A DNA stretch of 63,495 bases, the filler included, from Deltaproteobacteria bacterium (lineage in GTDB: Bacteria > JAEEML01): assembly GCA_016283195.1 (NCBI GenBank). It is 7 parts of 7 records of this genome, joined end to end, with 100 filler letters (N's around TTAATTAATTAA, not from the genome) between each part and the next. Parts side by side here need not be neighbours in the genome. Positions count along the whole stretch, not along the records: positions 36,323 to 42,522 come from JAEEML010000160.1; positions 42,623 to 57,673 come from JAEEML010000161.1; 5 more parts are not named here. The stretch is one strand, 5' to 3'. Positions 38,075 to 47,900 of this stretch are shown here, one piece after another; within the stretch, counting starts at the first letter, position 1; every line of letters starts with the position of its first letter. Under the pieces are notes generated by a model. The model was not told where the DNA came from, did not search any database, and saw only the letters and a list, made by a program, of their open reading frames with translations. Made by a program: the position numbers and the translations under genes.

Positions 38075-38695
38075 TTAGGCCTCTTTAGCTTGGCCGTGCT
38101 TAATAAAATCAATGGCGTTTCTAAGATAATTTTCAATAGCCAGAGTGTGTTTGGAGAGGCGCACTGTTAAATATTTGTGCGCGAGAAAAGAAGGAATAGC
38201 CACCACCAAACCGGCTGCCGTAGTGATGAGCGCCTCCCAAATGCCGCCGGCCAAAACGGTTGGGTCGCCAACACCCATGACCTCTATGCGTTGAAAGACT
38301 TTAATCATACCAAAGACAGTGCCCAAAAGGCCGAGGAGCGGGGAGACAGTGGCTACAGCACTGATAGCTTCCAAATCGCGGCTCAGATCGGCAACTTCCT
38401 GGCGACCTTTCTCTTCTAAAACCACTTCCAGGTCATCTATTTCCCCGGTTTTGGCTTTAAGAGCCGCGACAGCTAAAATGCGCGCTAAAGGAGTGCGGTT
38501 TTCTTCGCACAAAAGCAGAGCGGCTTCAAAATCGCCGCTTTGGAAAAGCGCGAGCACTTTTGCGGCAAAGCCTGGCGGGCAGATGCGCCGCTCGGTGAGG
38601 CTCCAGAGGCGCTCAAAAAAAACAGTCATGGAAACAACGGAGGCAAGGCCCAAAATAACAATAAGTACGCCGCCTTTTTGCAAAATCTCAATCAT
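38075..38695 (-). CDS. exbB: MotA/TolQ/ExbB proton channel protein
   Basis: SPLLGLLGTVFGMI...LAGGIWEALITTAAGLVVAIP. Confidence 0.9.
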   Translation of the reverse strand: MIEILQKGGVLIVILGLASVVSMTVFFERLWSLTERRICPPGFAAKVLALFQSGDFEAALLLCEENRTPLARILAVAALKAKTGEIDDLEVVLEEKGRQEVADLSRDLEAISAVATVSPLLGLLGTVFGMIKVFQRIEVMGVGDPTVLAGGIWEALITTAAGLVVAIPSFLAHKYLTVRLSKHTLAIENYLRNAIDFIKHGQAKEA

Positions 38696-38863
38696 AAGTT
38701 ACCTATCCTAAAAATATTTGGCCGCCTTTTTGCAGCTCCATAGCCATATAACAGATTTTTTTTGATAGTAATCCATATTTTATTTGCCAAATTGCTAATT
38801 CGGCGTTGCCAGCGGGCGTTTCTTGCGCTACTTTCAGAAGAAGCAACATCTTAGGAGTTTGCT

Positions 38864-39073
38864 ATGCGTGGTGACAAAAGAAAGCAAAGCCTTTATTTTC
38901 CTGAAGAAATGTTAGCCGAAATTCAAGAAGAAGCCTATAGACAGGACCGCTCGCTCTCTTGGATTGTCCAGCAGGCCTGGAAGATAGCGCGGGCTGAATT
39001 AAAGCGCTATCCTTCGGTTAACGACCCATCTGATGAAGACAACGATGATTGGCGCGGCAGAGTCGAAGACTAG
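38864..39073 (+). CDS. TIGR04563 (MXAN_4361/4362) family small ribbon-helix-helix-like protein
   Basis: RKQSLYFPEEMLAEIQEEAYRQDRSLSWIVQQAWKIAR; AGGAG RBS. Confidence 0.88.
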   Translation: MRGDKRKQSLYFPEEMLAEIQEEAYRQDRSLSWIVQQAWKIARAELKRYPSVNDPSDEDNDDWRGRVED

Positions 39074-39917
39074 TTATCCGGGCGATCTTCACTTGCACAG
39101 CCTGGCATCCGACGGCCTCTTGGCACCGGCTGCGGTGGTGGATTTGTGTCAAAAACGAGGGCTCTCTTTTCTGGCTCTCACCGACCACGACACCCTGTCC
39201 GGTCTCAAGGAGGCAGCCGGCGCTGCCCAAAAGAATGGTCAGCATTTTTTGTATGGCGTTGAGCTTTCATGTGAGCTTAAGCGCCAAGGAAAAGAGCCGC
39301 TAAAAGTGCATATTTTGGGCTATTTCCCGGCTTTCCCAGCCGGCGAGCTCGCTCAAAAACTCTCTGGCCTTTTAGCTATGCGCCTTAGTAGAGCCCGTGA
39401 GATGGCTGCTCGTCTGGCCGCCATCGGCTGCCAGATAGATATTGAGGCTATTTTAAATGCGCGGCGCGGTGGTCATATCGGCCGGCCGCACCTGGCCGCC
39501 GCTATGGTAGAAGCCGGTTATGTTACCAGTATTGATGAGGCTTTTAAGCGCTATTTGGGTAATAGCCAGCCGGCTTATGTGCCTTATGAAAAGCCGCTTG
39601 ATACCTATAAAGCTATTGAGCTCATCGCCGTAGCTAAGGGCAAATCTATTATTGCCCACCCCGGTGAATATGGCCCGGAGGCTATAGATGATGATCTGCC
39701 TATGCTCAAGGAAGCCGGGCTTTTTGGCATTGAATGCACCCATCCCAGTAATGCTAAAAAAGTGGAAAATCATTACCGTTTATTGTGCCGGAAGCTAAAT
39801 CTTTTGCCCACCGGCGGTTCCGATTTCCACGGCACCTCCCGCCATGGGGCATTGCCGGGAACTTATGGGGTTTTGGCGGAAGTTTTTGCCGAATTAGTTG
39901 GAGAAGGCGCTTATTAA
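39033..39917 (+). CDS. PHP domain phosphoesterase (TrpH/YciV-like)
   Basis: DLHLHS..SDG, ALTDHDT, GVELS, HILGY, AHP, GGSDFHG. Exact start uncertain. Confidence 0.92.
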   Translation: MKTTMIGAAESKTSYPGDLHLHSLASDGLLAPAAVVDLCQKRGLSFLALTDHDTLSGLKEAAGAAQKNGQHFLYGVELSCELKRQGKEPLKVHILGYFPAFPAGELAQKLSGLLAMRLSRAREMAARLAAIGCQIDIEAILNARRGGHIGRPHLAAAMVEAGYVTSIDEAFKRYLGNSQPAYVPYEKPLDTYKAIELIAVAKGKSIIAHPGEYGPEAIDDDLPMLKEAGLFGIECTHPSNAKKVENHYRLLCRKLNLLPTGGSDFHGTSRHGALPGTYGVLAEVFAELVGEGAY

Positions 39918-39945
39918 TATTAAGGCTGCTGTTGGCCGATGCTTA

Positions 39946-41787
39946 TTAGCGTTTTTTTCCGCTCTTTTTGGCCGGCGCTTTTTTAGAATTTGATTTTTTT
40001 GAAGACGTTTTTTTGGCACTGGATTTTTTGGCCGGTGCTTTCTGGTGCTTGGTACTCTTTACGGCTTTGGTACTTCCGGCTTTATTAGCTTCCGCCTTGT
40101 CGTTTTCTGCTGCCGGTTCTTCGGCGGTTTCGGCCTCGTCTTCTTTGGCTTCTTCAGAATCGTTTTCCTCTTCGGAAATGTCGCTTGAGCTATCCTCTAC
40201 CGGTTCTTCTTCTTTGGCCACAACCGGTTGGGGGGCTTTTTCTTCCGGGCATTTATTCACACAGTCGTTGTAAAGGTGCTCGCAAGTTTGTTCGCATCTT
40301 TTGGGGCTATTATTGTTTTTGCACTGCGCTCGGCATTGATTTAGCTGTATATCGGCGCGGTAAATGCAGTTTTTGTGCGTATCATCGACATCCATGGCCG
40401 AACAGCCGATAAAAGTCTTGGGCGCCGTGGCAGCCGCGAGCTTATCTTCCAAATCATTATTGCTCGAGCTGCTGCTTTGCCACAAGCAGCCGAGAATTAC
40501 GGCGATAACGGCAAAAACTACGGCCAATATCAAAGGTGTTTTGCTGCCGGAAGCAGCGGGAGCGGTAGCCGCCAGCATATCTCCGGGTATGGTCATTTGC
40601 ACAGTGCGCACTGTAGAGAGGTCGATATCAGCGCTTGGACCTTTGGCATCGTGGCCGCTTGCAGGGGGTATATTTTCTTCATGCTCGGCTACCGGCGACG
40701 GAGCGGCCGGACTTTGGGGCTCTGTCGCAGTTTCGGCTTCTGCTGTAGTGTCTGTTTCGGTATTTTTTACTTCGCCGGCGGGCTCAGTATCCTCAGCAGC
40801 CATAATATCAGCTACCGATATGGGGCTCTCGTTGGGCTTTATTTCCTCATCATCATGTGAGATATCTATTGGCAACTCAGCTATTTCCGGCTCAGTGGCT
40901 CTGGGTTCATCGGCCGGCTCCGGTTTGGCAATGTTTGATTCGGCAACTTCCGGCTCAGCAATTTCCGGCTCAATTGCCGATTCTGAGCTTTCTTCGGCTT
41001 TATTTTCAGTCGCAGCAACTTCCGGTTCAATTGCCGCTTCAGGCGCTTCGGCTACTTCTGTTTCTCCGGCTTTTGGCTCATCAATTACTATATCGGGTAC
41101 CGGGACCATATTGGTAGCTATAGCCGCTTCCCGCGCGGCGTCAATATCTTCGTCTTTAAGGCTGGCTAAGTCGGCAGCAATAGATGAAACGGGAATTTGC
41201 ACAGTCGGCGCGCCGATGTCATTATCCATATCGTCATCATCAGCGCTTTCATTGGCCAGTTCGGCCTCTGCTTCGGCCGCCAGGCTCGCTAAATCAATGC
41301 CCAAACCGCCATCAATAATGGTTCTCTCGCTGTCCGGGTCGCTATTTAGCTCTTCTATAGGTTCTTCTTCCAGGTTTTCGGTCCCGGCAAAAAGGTCCAT
41401 ATTTAGTGAAGAATCGTTGCTAACCTGACTTTCTGGCGCACTAGGCGGGAGCACTTCCGGCGGAACAGTAGGAATATCAGCCTGGGAATCAAAAGGCTGA
41501 TTATCCAGTGCCGAGCTGATAGCCGCCCCAGTAGAGGCCAGAATATCCTGGGCAATATTAAAGCCGGTGCCATCAGGTATTGTAGGAGTTTCTTTGAGAT
41601 CATCAGCCGGCGGAGTAACTGCGCTGTCGGAATAATCGACAGTGGCGGTTTCGAGCGGTGCCGCCACGCTGCGCGGCTTTTCAGCCGGAGTTTCCGTCCT
41701 CTTGGTGTTACTTAAGAGTTGGTCGAAGTCGGCGCCTAAAATAGCCGATAAATCAGTGGAAACAGATTTCCTGGGCGAGTCGCTCAT
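39946..41787 (-). CDS. Bitopic membrane protein: long acidic disordered N-terminus, TM, Cys-rich domain, Lys-rich tail
   Basis: E/D/P/A-rich with EPE repeats; TM LILAVVFAVIAVILG; eight-Cys periplasmic segment; KKSS/PAKK tail. Confidence 0.75.
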   Translation of the reverse strand: MSDSPRKSVSTDLSAILGADFDQLLSNTKRTETPAEKPRSVAAPLETATVDYSDSAVTPPADDLKETPTIPDGTGFNIAQDILASTGAAISSALDNQPFDSQADIPTVPPEVLPPSAPESQVSNDSSLNMDLFAGTENLEEEPIEELNSDPDSERTIIDGGLGIDLASLAAEAEAELANESADDDDMDNDIGAPTVQIPVSSIAADLASLKDEDIDAAREAAIATNMVPVPDIVIDEPKAGETEVAEAPEAAIEPEVAATENKAEESSESAIEPEIAEPEVAESNIAKPEPADEPRATEPEIAELPIDISHDDEEIKPNESPISVADIMAAEDTEPAGEVKNTETDTTAEAETATEPQSPAAPSPVAEHEENIPPASGHDAKGPSADIDLSTVRTVQMTIPGDMLAATAPAASGSKTPLILAVVFAVIAVILGCLWQSSSSSNNDLEDKLAAATAPKTFIGCSAMDVDDTHKNCIYRADIQLNQCRAQCKNNNSPKRCEQTCEHLYNDCVNKCPEEKAPQPVVAKEEEPVEDSSSDISEEENDSEEAKEDEAETAEEPAAENDKAEANKAGSTKAVKSTKHQKAPAKKSSAKKTSSKKSNSKKAPAKKSGKKR

Positions 41788-42015
41788 TTTTTCCCCCATC
41801 ACAGCAAAGTGCCCAAAAAAGGGCATACAAAATATCTAATTATCAGTTACTTGCGGCAATAGCAAAAAAAAATAAAAAAAATGCTTGCCAAGAACTCCAA
41901 GGTGTGTAAACTGGAAAATGTTCTTGCTGTGCTCTGGGAGAAATTGCACGGCCTGAATATCGCAGAAATAGTTAAGCTGTCTGATTGCCAGGGGACGCCT
42001 CATTAGAGGTGTACC

Positions 42016-42522
42016 ATGAAAAACCGTCTGTCAGAACTCGATGAACGTTTAAGCACTCTTTCTTCCTGCAAAGATCAAGACCTGCAAGGGTGGCTTGCTT
42101 TTCAACGCAAATATGAGATGTGCTGGATCTACCACGAGAACATTCTTGATGGTATCGCTATTTCTCCGGAAGAAATAAAGATGGCGCTATCCAGCAATGT
42201 TACCACAGATGTGAGTCAGGTATCTCTCTTTAGAAGAGTGCGCAATTATCATGCGGCTATTAAACTCATTCGTGAGCGGGCGGCGGCGCGCCACTTTGTG
42301 GTGGATGTGAATCTCTTTAGAGAACTTCACGCCTGTCTGGCCAACGGTCTCGATACCAACCTGGGCCGCTTTAGACGCAACTCGCCTGTGCACCGCGCCT
42401 ATTTCCAGGATATCTGTGCACCGAGTAAAGTCGAAAAGCAACTTAACGATATCGTCACTTTGGTGATGAGCGAAGAAAAAAGGCCCACCATGCACCCGGT
42501 GGAACTGGCCGGTAAAGTGCAC
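42016..42522 (+). CDS. Fic family protein (3' truncated)
   Basis: IYHENILDG, VRNYHAA, RELH, GRFR, HPVELAG. The catalytic motif would lie past the break. Confidence 0.75.
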
Positions 42523-42622
42523 NNNNNNNNNNNNNNNNNNNNNNNNNNNNNNNNNNNNNNNNNNNNTTAATTAATTAANNNNNNNNNNNNNNNNNNNNNN
42601 NNNNNNNNNNNNNNNNNNNNNN
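42523..42622. other. Artificial contig linker
   Basis: N44-TTAATTAATTAA-N44. Confidence 0.98.
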
Positions 42623-42657
42623 ATTTACCAGTTTTAGCTGGTAAATTCTAATACATT

Positions 42658-43638
42658 CTAAAAGACTGATAAAATTTTCTTTTCTTTTAAATAGGCTACA
42701 AATTTTTCATCAGATAATATTTCATCATAGTTGCTTTTAGCTTTTTTTACAGCAATATCTTCTGTGATATCAGTTACAAAATCATTAAATTCTGGCGAAT
42801 CTTCAGCAAGTCTGTCAAGGGTATCCCAATCAATGCTTTCATTATATCGTGCTTGGCAAATTATTTCTGAATCAGTTATATCTTCTGCATTTAATTTTAT
42901 AATGCCTATTCCAAAAGCATTAGATAGGCGCTGTATTTCATTTTTAAAATCCGGATCACTATTCATTTTCAAGCAAACCAGGTAACCCTCATTTGCCCAG
43001 CTGGAATTGGAAACCGCTTGGAAAAAGCATTGCCGCAGATTTCCGTAATCTAAATGTTTTTTCATTTCAAAAGAGAATAATTTTAGCGAGTTTACATTTA
43101 ATGAACGCTGAAGTTCTATAGTCTTTTTTAAATAATCTCCAAATGGGAAATAGACACCAACTAGATCAGGATGTAACCATTCATTTGTCCCCTTGGGTCT
43201 TCTGGTAGAACACTCCTGGTGAATTGTTTTAACATAACAACGAAAATGCGGATGTTCATATACATATTTAGCAAGTAGTGGATGCAAATCTCTTTCGTCG
43301 AAATTTTTTTCTTGGCCTCTTAGAAGTATATTTTCGTCTTGCTGTTTAACTTTTTCAACTTGAGATTTAACCAGTTGCTGATTTAAATTCATACTCCTGA
43401 GTAAAAATCTGGCTGGCCTTTTGGAAACTTGAATAAATGTGCTTTGATCACCTTTTTCTTTTATATCAACATATAGTCTTGCGCCAACAGTAGCTGAGGG
43501 AGTTTTTCCAAATGTTCCCAGCTTTTTATCCAATTTCATTTCAAGAGCTTTTTCCCACACTTCATCTGCCGACATCGGATTAGGATTGTTTTTAAAAACA
43601 TCTATGATTAACTCAAAAAATGTATACTGTTTTCCCAT
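42658..43638 (-). CDS. HARE-HTH + restriction-endonuclease-fold protein (COG2958/HrgA-like), low GC
   Basis: GKTPSATVGARLY; ERDLHPLL; WLHPDLVG; SFEMK; FFQAVSNSSWANEGYLV. Confidence 0.82.
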   Translation of the reverse strand: MGKQYTFFELIIDVFKNNPNPMSADEVWEKALEMKLDKKLGTFGKTPSATVGARLYVDIKEKGDQSTFIQVSKRPARFLLRSMNLNQQLVKSQVEKVKQQDENILLRGQEKNFDERDLHPLLAKYVYEHPHFRCYVKTIHQECSTRRPKGTNEWLHPDLVGVYFPFGDYLKKTIELQRSLNVNSLKLFSFEMKKHLDYGNLRQCFFQAVSNSSWANEGYLVCLKMNSDPDFKNEIQRLSNAFGIGIIKLNAEDITDSEIICQARYNESIDWDTLDRLAEDSPEFNDFVTDITEDIAVKKAKSNYDEILSDEKFVAYLKEKKILSVF

Positions 43639-43669
43639 AGCTTAACCTCCAGTATTATTATCTACTTAT

Positions 43670-44866
43670 TTAATCAATCTTTTTGCAACCTGAAAATTTA
43701 TTATTTAAATCAACTGGCTCGGAAACTTCACCATTTTTAAGATTAGCAACAGCAGAATCCATCATGGTAAGTGTTTTCGGTGGAATTTCCAGCGCCGCTA
43801 CCAGCTCCTTGGGCGCCATCTGCTGGCCGCGGGCCATCGCCACCCCAAGAGTGCGCATTCTTTTTATGGGCATAAAGTCAGGCGGATATTTCAGGAGCAC
43901 TTTGAGCTCCATTATCTTTTTCAGGCGCAGATTCTCATCTTCATAGTGGTAAGGAATATCAGTTTTAAGTACCTCACATTTATAGAGAATTGCCGAGATG
44001 GGCGCCGCCACATACATATATACAATATCGCCCGCTTTAAGGCGGGCGCTCTGTTTCCAGCTGGTAATCTTTTCCCGATCAAAGACCCCCTCCACATCAT
44101 AAAAAGCGGGATTAGCCGGCACCAGCCAGTGCCCCTTAGCTCGCGCGGCCGACGCTTTAGCTATTTTACCGGCGCTAAGTTCGCGGCTTTTAAGCAAAAG
44201 TTCTTTAATTAAATCATCGGGAACTGTGCCATCAAGGAGCACCGAAACCCAGTTTTTTTTATTCATGTGATAGCAAGGATAAATGCCGGGAATTTTTGTG
44301 ATTTCGGCTATGCTTTCCGGTGCCGCTTTAAGATTTATTATCTCCACCAGCGTTTTATCGGCAGCATTTTCTGCTTTGCTTTGGCCGGCCGGCGCCGGGG
44401 TCAGGCGGCCCCTGGGGATAGCCATAATGAGGCCATACCACTTGCGGTTAGCGGCATGGCGAAAGACAGCAGCTTCCACTTTTTGAAAAGGATTATCGGG
44501 AGTTTCGCCAAAAGTCTCCTTTATCCAGGCCGCTAGGCGGTTGCTCGCATCATAGATAAATTGCGAATTTGTAAAACATTTTTCGCTAATATCGGCTAGA
44601 AGCGCCAGATAAGCCTCGCGCACAGAGTGCACAAAGGTGCCGCTGGCCCGTTCAACATGGAGCGCGCTATATTCAGCACCGCTTTCCAAATCAAAAAGGC
44701 GGCCAGTTACCGCTCCATCCGCTGTAATGGTAATCGCCGCGCGGAACTGGCCCTCCATAATAGCGGCTGAATAATGATAGGCGCCCTCTTTTAAAAGGAA
44801 GCCATAAGGTTCAAGAAGCGCCAAATTTACCCGTTTTTTTAAGAAAAAATCGCTTTCTATGGACAT
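43670..44866 (-). CDS. MmcQ/YjbR family DNA-binding protein with C-terminal EVE/PUA-like domain
   Basis: VFRH..NRKWYGLIM, YHMNKKNWVSVLLDG, WLVPANP.FYD...WKQ...GDIVYMYV. Confidence 0.82.
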   Translation of the reverse strand: MSIESDFFLKKRVNLALLEPYGFLLKEGAYHYSAAIMEGQFRAAITITADGAVTGRLFDLESGAEYSALHVERASGTFVHSVREAYLALLADISEKCFTNSQFIYDASNRLAAWIKETFGETPDNPFQKVEAAVFRHAANRKWYGLIMAIPRGRLTPAPAGQSKAENAADKTLVEIINLKAAPESIAEITKIPGIYPCYHMNKKNWVSVLLDGTVPDDLIKELLLKSRELSAGKIAKASAARAKGHWLVPANPAFYDVEGVFDREKITSWKQSARLKAGDIVYMYVAAPISAILYKCEVLKTDIPYHYEDENLRLKKIMELKVLLKYPPDFMPIKRMRTLGVAMARGQQMAPKELVAALEIPPKTLTMMDSAVANLKNGEVSEPVDLNNKFSGCKKID

Positions 44867-44977
44867 GGAGAGATCCTTCTAAGGCCAAGACTTTAGCCCT
44901 AATTTCCCGGCTTTCCGCTGAGCGGTAGGCAAGTAGGCAATGCTTATTGCTGATAAGAGAAGTAAGTGGCACAGAGC

Positions 44978-47900
44978 TCAGGTGCCCTTAGCTGTGCAGG
45001 TGCAGGTAACCGGGCTACAGAATTCCAGTAGCGGATTGCAGGCGCCGCCGCAATCGCAAGCAGCTTTACATTGTAAGAAGTGCATTTGACCTTCGCTGGT
45101 GGTGGTGCAACCCACCTCGTGTTCTGCCGGGCAACACTCATTGCCTTGAATATCGTCATTAGCTAAATAATCGCAACATTCGGCCAGGCCGATACAAGTA
45201 TTCACTTCGCCGGTAGCCATATCAAAGTGGATATTTTTACAGGGGGCGGCGTCTTTGCATTCCACACAAACACAGCTTTCGTCGCAGCACATACCAGGGC
45301 CGCAGCTGGGATTATTGGGATCACAGGTGAGGGCCATGGGATCGGGGTTACAGGCACAGAGGTTATTCATGGGCACGCAAACACCGCAACCGGGGTTCAA
45401 GGGATCATCCTCGCAGGTCTCACATGGGCCGCAGCGGTTACCGCAGTTGGCATCGCAAACACAATAATCAACGCGCTCGTTTTCACAGAGCATGGTACAT
45501 TCGCCCTCTTTGCATACTTCGCCGGTGCGGCAGCCGCCGTTTTCGTCACAACTATGGCCGGTGGGCAAATATTCACCATTTTTGCACTGTTCTTGCACAC
45601 AGCGCTCACTGGAGGAACAAGAATCATTACAGGGGACGCTTATCCAGTAGCGATAACTTATAACTACCAGTTCACCGGCTTTGGGCAGGTTAGCCGAAGC
45701 GCGGGCAGCTTCTTCTTCTTCGGCATCTATTTTGCCGTTACCGTTGTTGTCCATCGGCGTAGTATGGAAAGTTAGGCTATTGAAAGTCGGATCATAGTTA
45801 AAGCCGTTGACGCGGGAGCGCGGCGGGTAGAACATCCCCCACTGCCCATCTTCTCCGCGGGTAGAACCGTAAATACCTACTTTAATGGTGGAGGCAATCG
45901 GTACGCCGCTAAGTGGGTAAGGCACAGATGCGGCCTGGGCATCAGCTATAATGGTTTGCAAGAAAGCTTTATAACTGCCGCCTTTTTCGGCAATACAAAC
46001 ATCGCTGAATTTACCGCCGGAATTGGAAGCTAAATCGCGGAAAGCTTTACCGTCGCCGCGGTTCTTTTCAGCTGAACCTGTTCCGCACTCTCTTGTTTCA
46101 CCGGCTTTGCCCTCGTTACGGGTGATGGCATACATACGGCCGTAAATATTGAAGAAATCAAGCATTTCTTTGCGGCGCAGGAAACGCTTGCAGGCAGCGC
46201 AGTCGCTATCGTAGGTGGTGTAGTCGGAGACAATATCTTCATAATTGTGGTAGTGGCTGGCTCGGCAACGGGGCGCTTGGACATTATCATCATAAGCACC
46301 GGGAGCGCCGCAATACTCTGTATAAGTCGCCAGCCACTTATCAAAGAGCGCTGCCTCGATGCTACCTGTGGGCCGTTTGGTCCAGAATGAGCTATCAAGT
46401 TCGCTTACATCGTGATCAACCGGCCAATCGGAGAGGAAGCGGGTATTATTGGAATTCATTTCATAATTTAAAGCAGTGCAATATTCATAAGTACAATCGC
46501 CGGTTGGACTATCGGGGTTATGGAGGCATCTTGAGGGCAATTGTTCATAATCAAAACCAGTACTGGTGTAATTCCAGAGGCGGCAATCGTCTTTAAAGTA
46601 ACCATCTTCTTCATCGGAGAGGAAAATAGTGACAAGCGGTACCATCTCGCAATCCTGGAAGCAACAGGTGGTTTGGTAACAGCACTTGCCGGAGGGACAA
46701 TCAGCACCGGCTTGGCAAACGCGGGTGCCGTTGCCACCGGTGGCGGCATTACACTCGGCATCGGAAGCGCAGCTATCGGTTACGCGGTACGATTCACAGC
46801 CATTGCCGCTTTTACAAACCGCACCAGCACCGCACTGCTCATTATTTTGGCAATAATTAACTTTATAACAGCACTTGCCATTGACCGAGGTACAAATGTG
46901 GGGATCGGAATCGCTGGCGCCATCGTTGTAACCATAACTCATGAGGCAGCGCTCACCATTTTGGACCATACAGTCTTCATCAATACTACAGCCAACTTGC
47001 GGCAAAACTTTTTGCGCTTTGGGGCGTGGGTCGCAATTAGCCTGGCATGCGGGGTCGCTTGGGTCGTCACACCAGGAACGCAAGTGCATTTTATCCCAAA
47101 CTTTTTTGCCGTTTTTGAGAGTTGGGGCTTTGGCCGGAGCAGTGCGGTTGATAAAATGTAAAACACTTCTTACGCCCTCTTCAACGCCGGAGTAATCGCG
47201 GCCTTTAACACCGCACATACCGCCCATAGCGTAGATCATATCGCATACCTGGCTGGAGAAGATATCGAGACCGTTATCACAGGCTTCAATCAGGCGCTCA
47301 CAGTTAACACTATCTACATCGTCACCGCAGGCACTATTGGTACCATCGTTAAAGACTGTATCATGCGAAATGTTGATGGTTTCGGTAGTACAGGCTTTTT
47401 CAGTGCCAAAGCCAAAGAAACCGGCGTTGTCTTTAATTACCGGCTTATCGGCGCTGTATTCCCAATAGAAATGGCCGCCGCCGCCGGAGTAGGCTTCGCC
47501 TTTATTGGTGGCCGAGCGGTTACTGGTGGTCATGGCAATACGGAAGTCAAAGAAGTCGCGGCTGGCGCCAAGGACGCTACGCACATCAGAGGCCGCCTGG
47601 CGGGCCGAATTGATAACTTGCTGCATGGAGCCGGAATCATCAACCATAAAGAGCAGGTCGGCGCGGGCCTGAGCCGGGTTATTCATAATACATTGCTTGG
47701 AAACGGTGGCATCATGGCGCGAAAGAGCCGAACCTTCGGAAAGATCTTCGAGCCTGACTACGCGGTCGAGATAACGGGCTTCGGTAGCATCATCGGTAGT
47801 ATTGCCGGTATCGTTTTCAGTGAGGGAAACAACAATAAGGTAAATATTATTGGGCCGCTGGACAATTTCCACGCGAATTTGGAAAGCGTCAAAGGCAAAA

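Noticed and set aside
37669-38695. AglR/AglS gliding motor assignment
   Set aside because: Only generic ExbB/ExbD motifs are visible and the aglRQS three-gene layout is absent.
40364-41428. 354-aa Ser-rich ORF
   Set aside because: Antisense shadow of the acidic low-complexity gene.
41860-41885. A-rich tracts as a second phase-variable promoter
   Set aside because: The tract is interrupted and lies upstream of TTGCCA-N16-TAAACT of the fic gene, so it is more likely an UP element.
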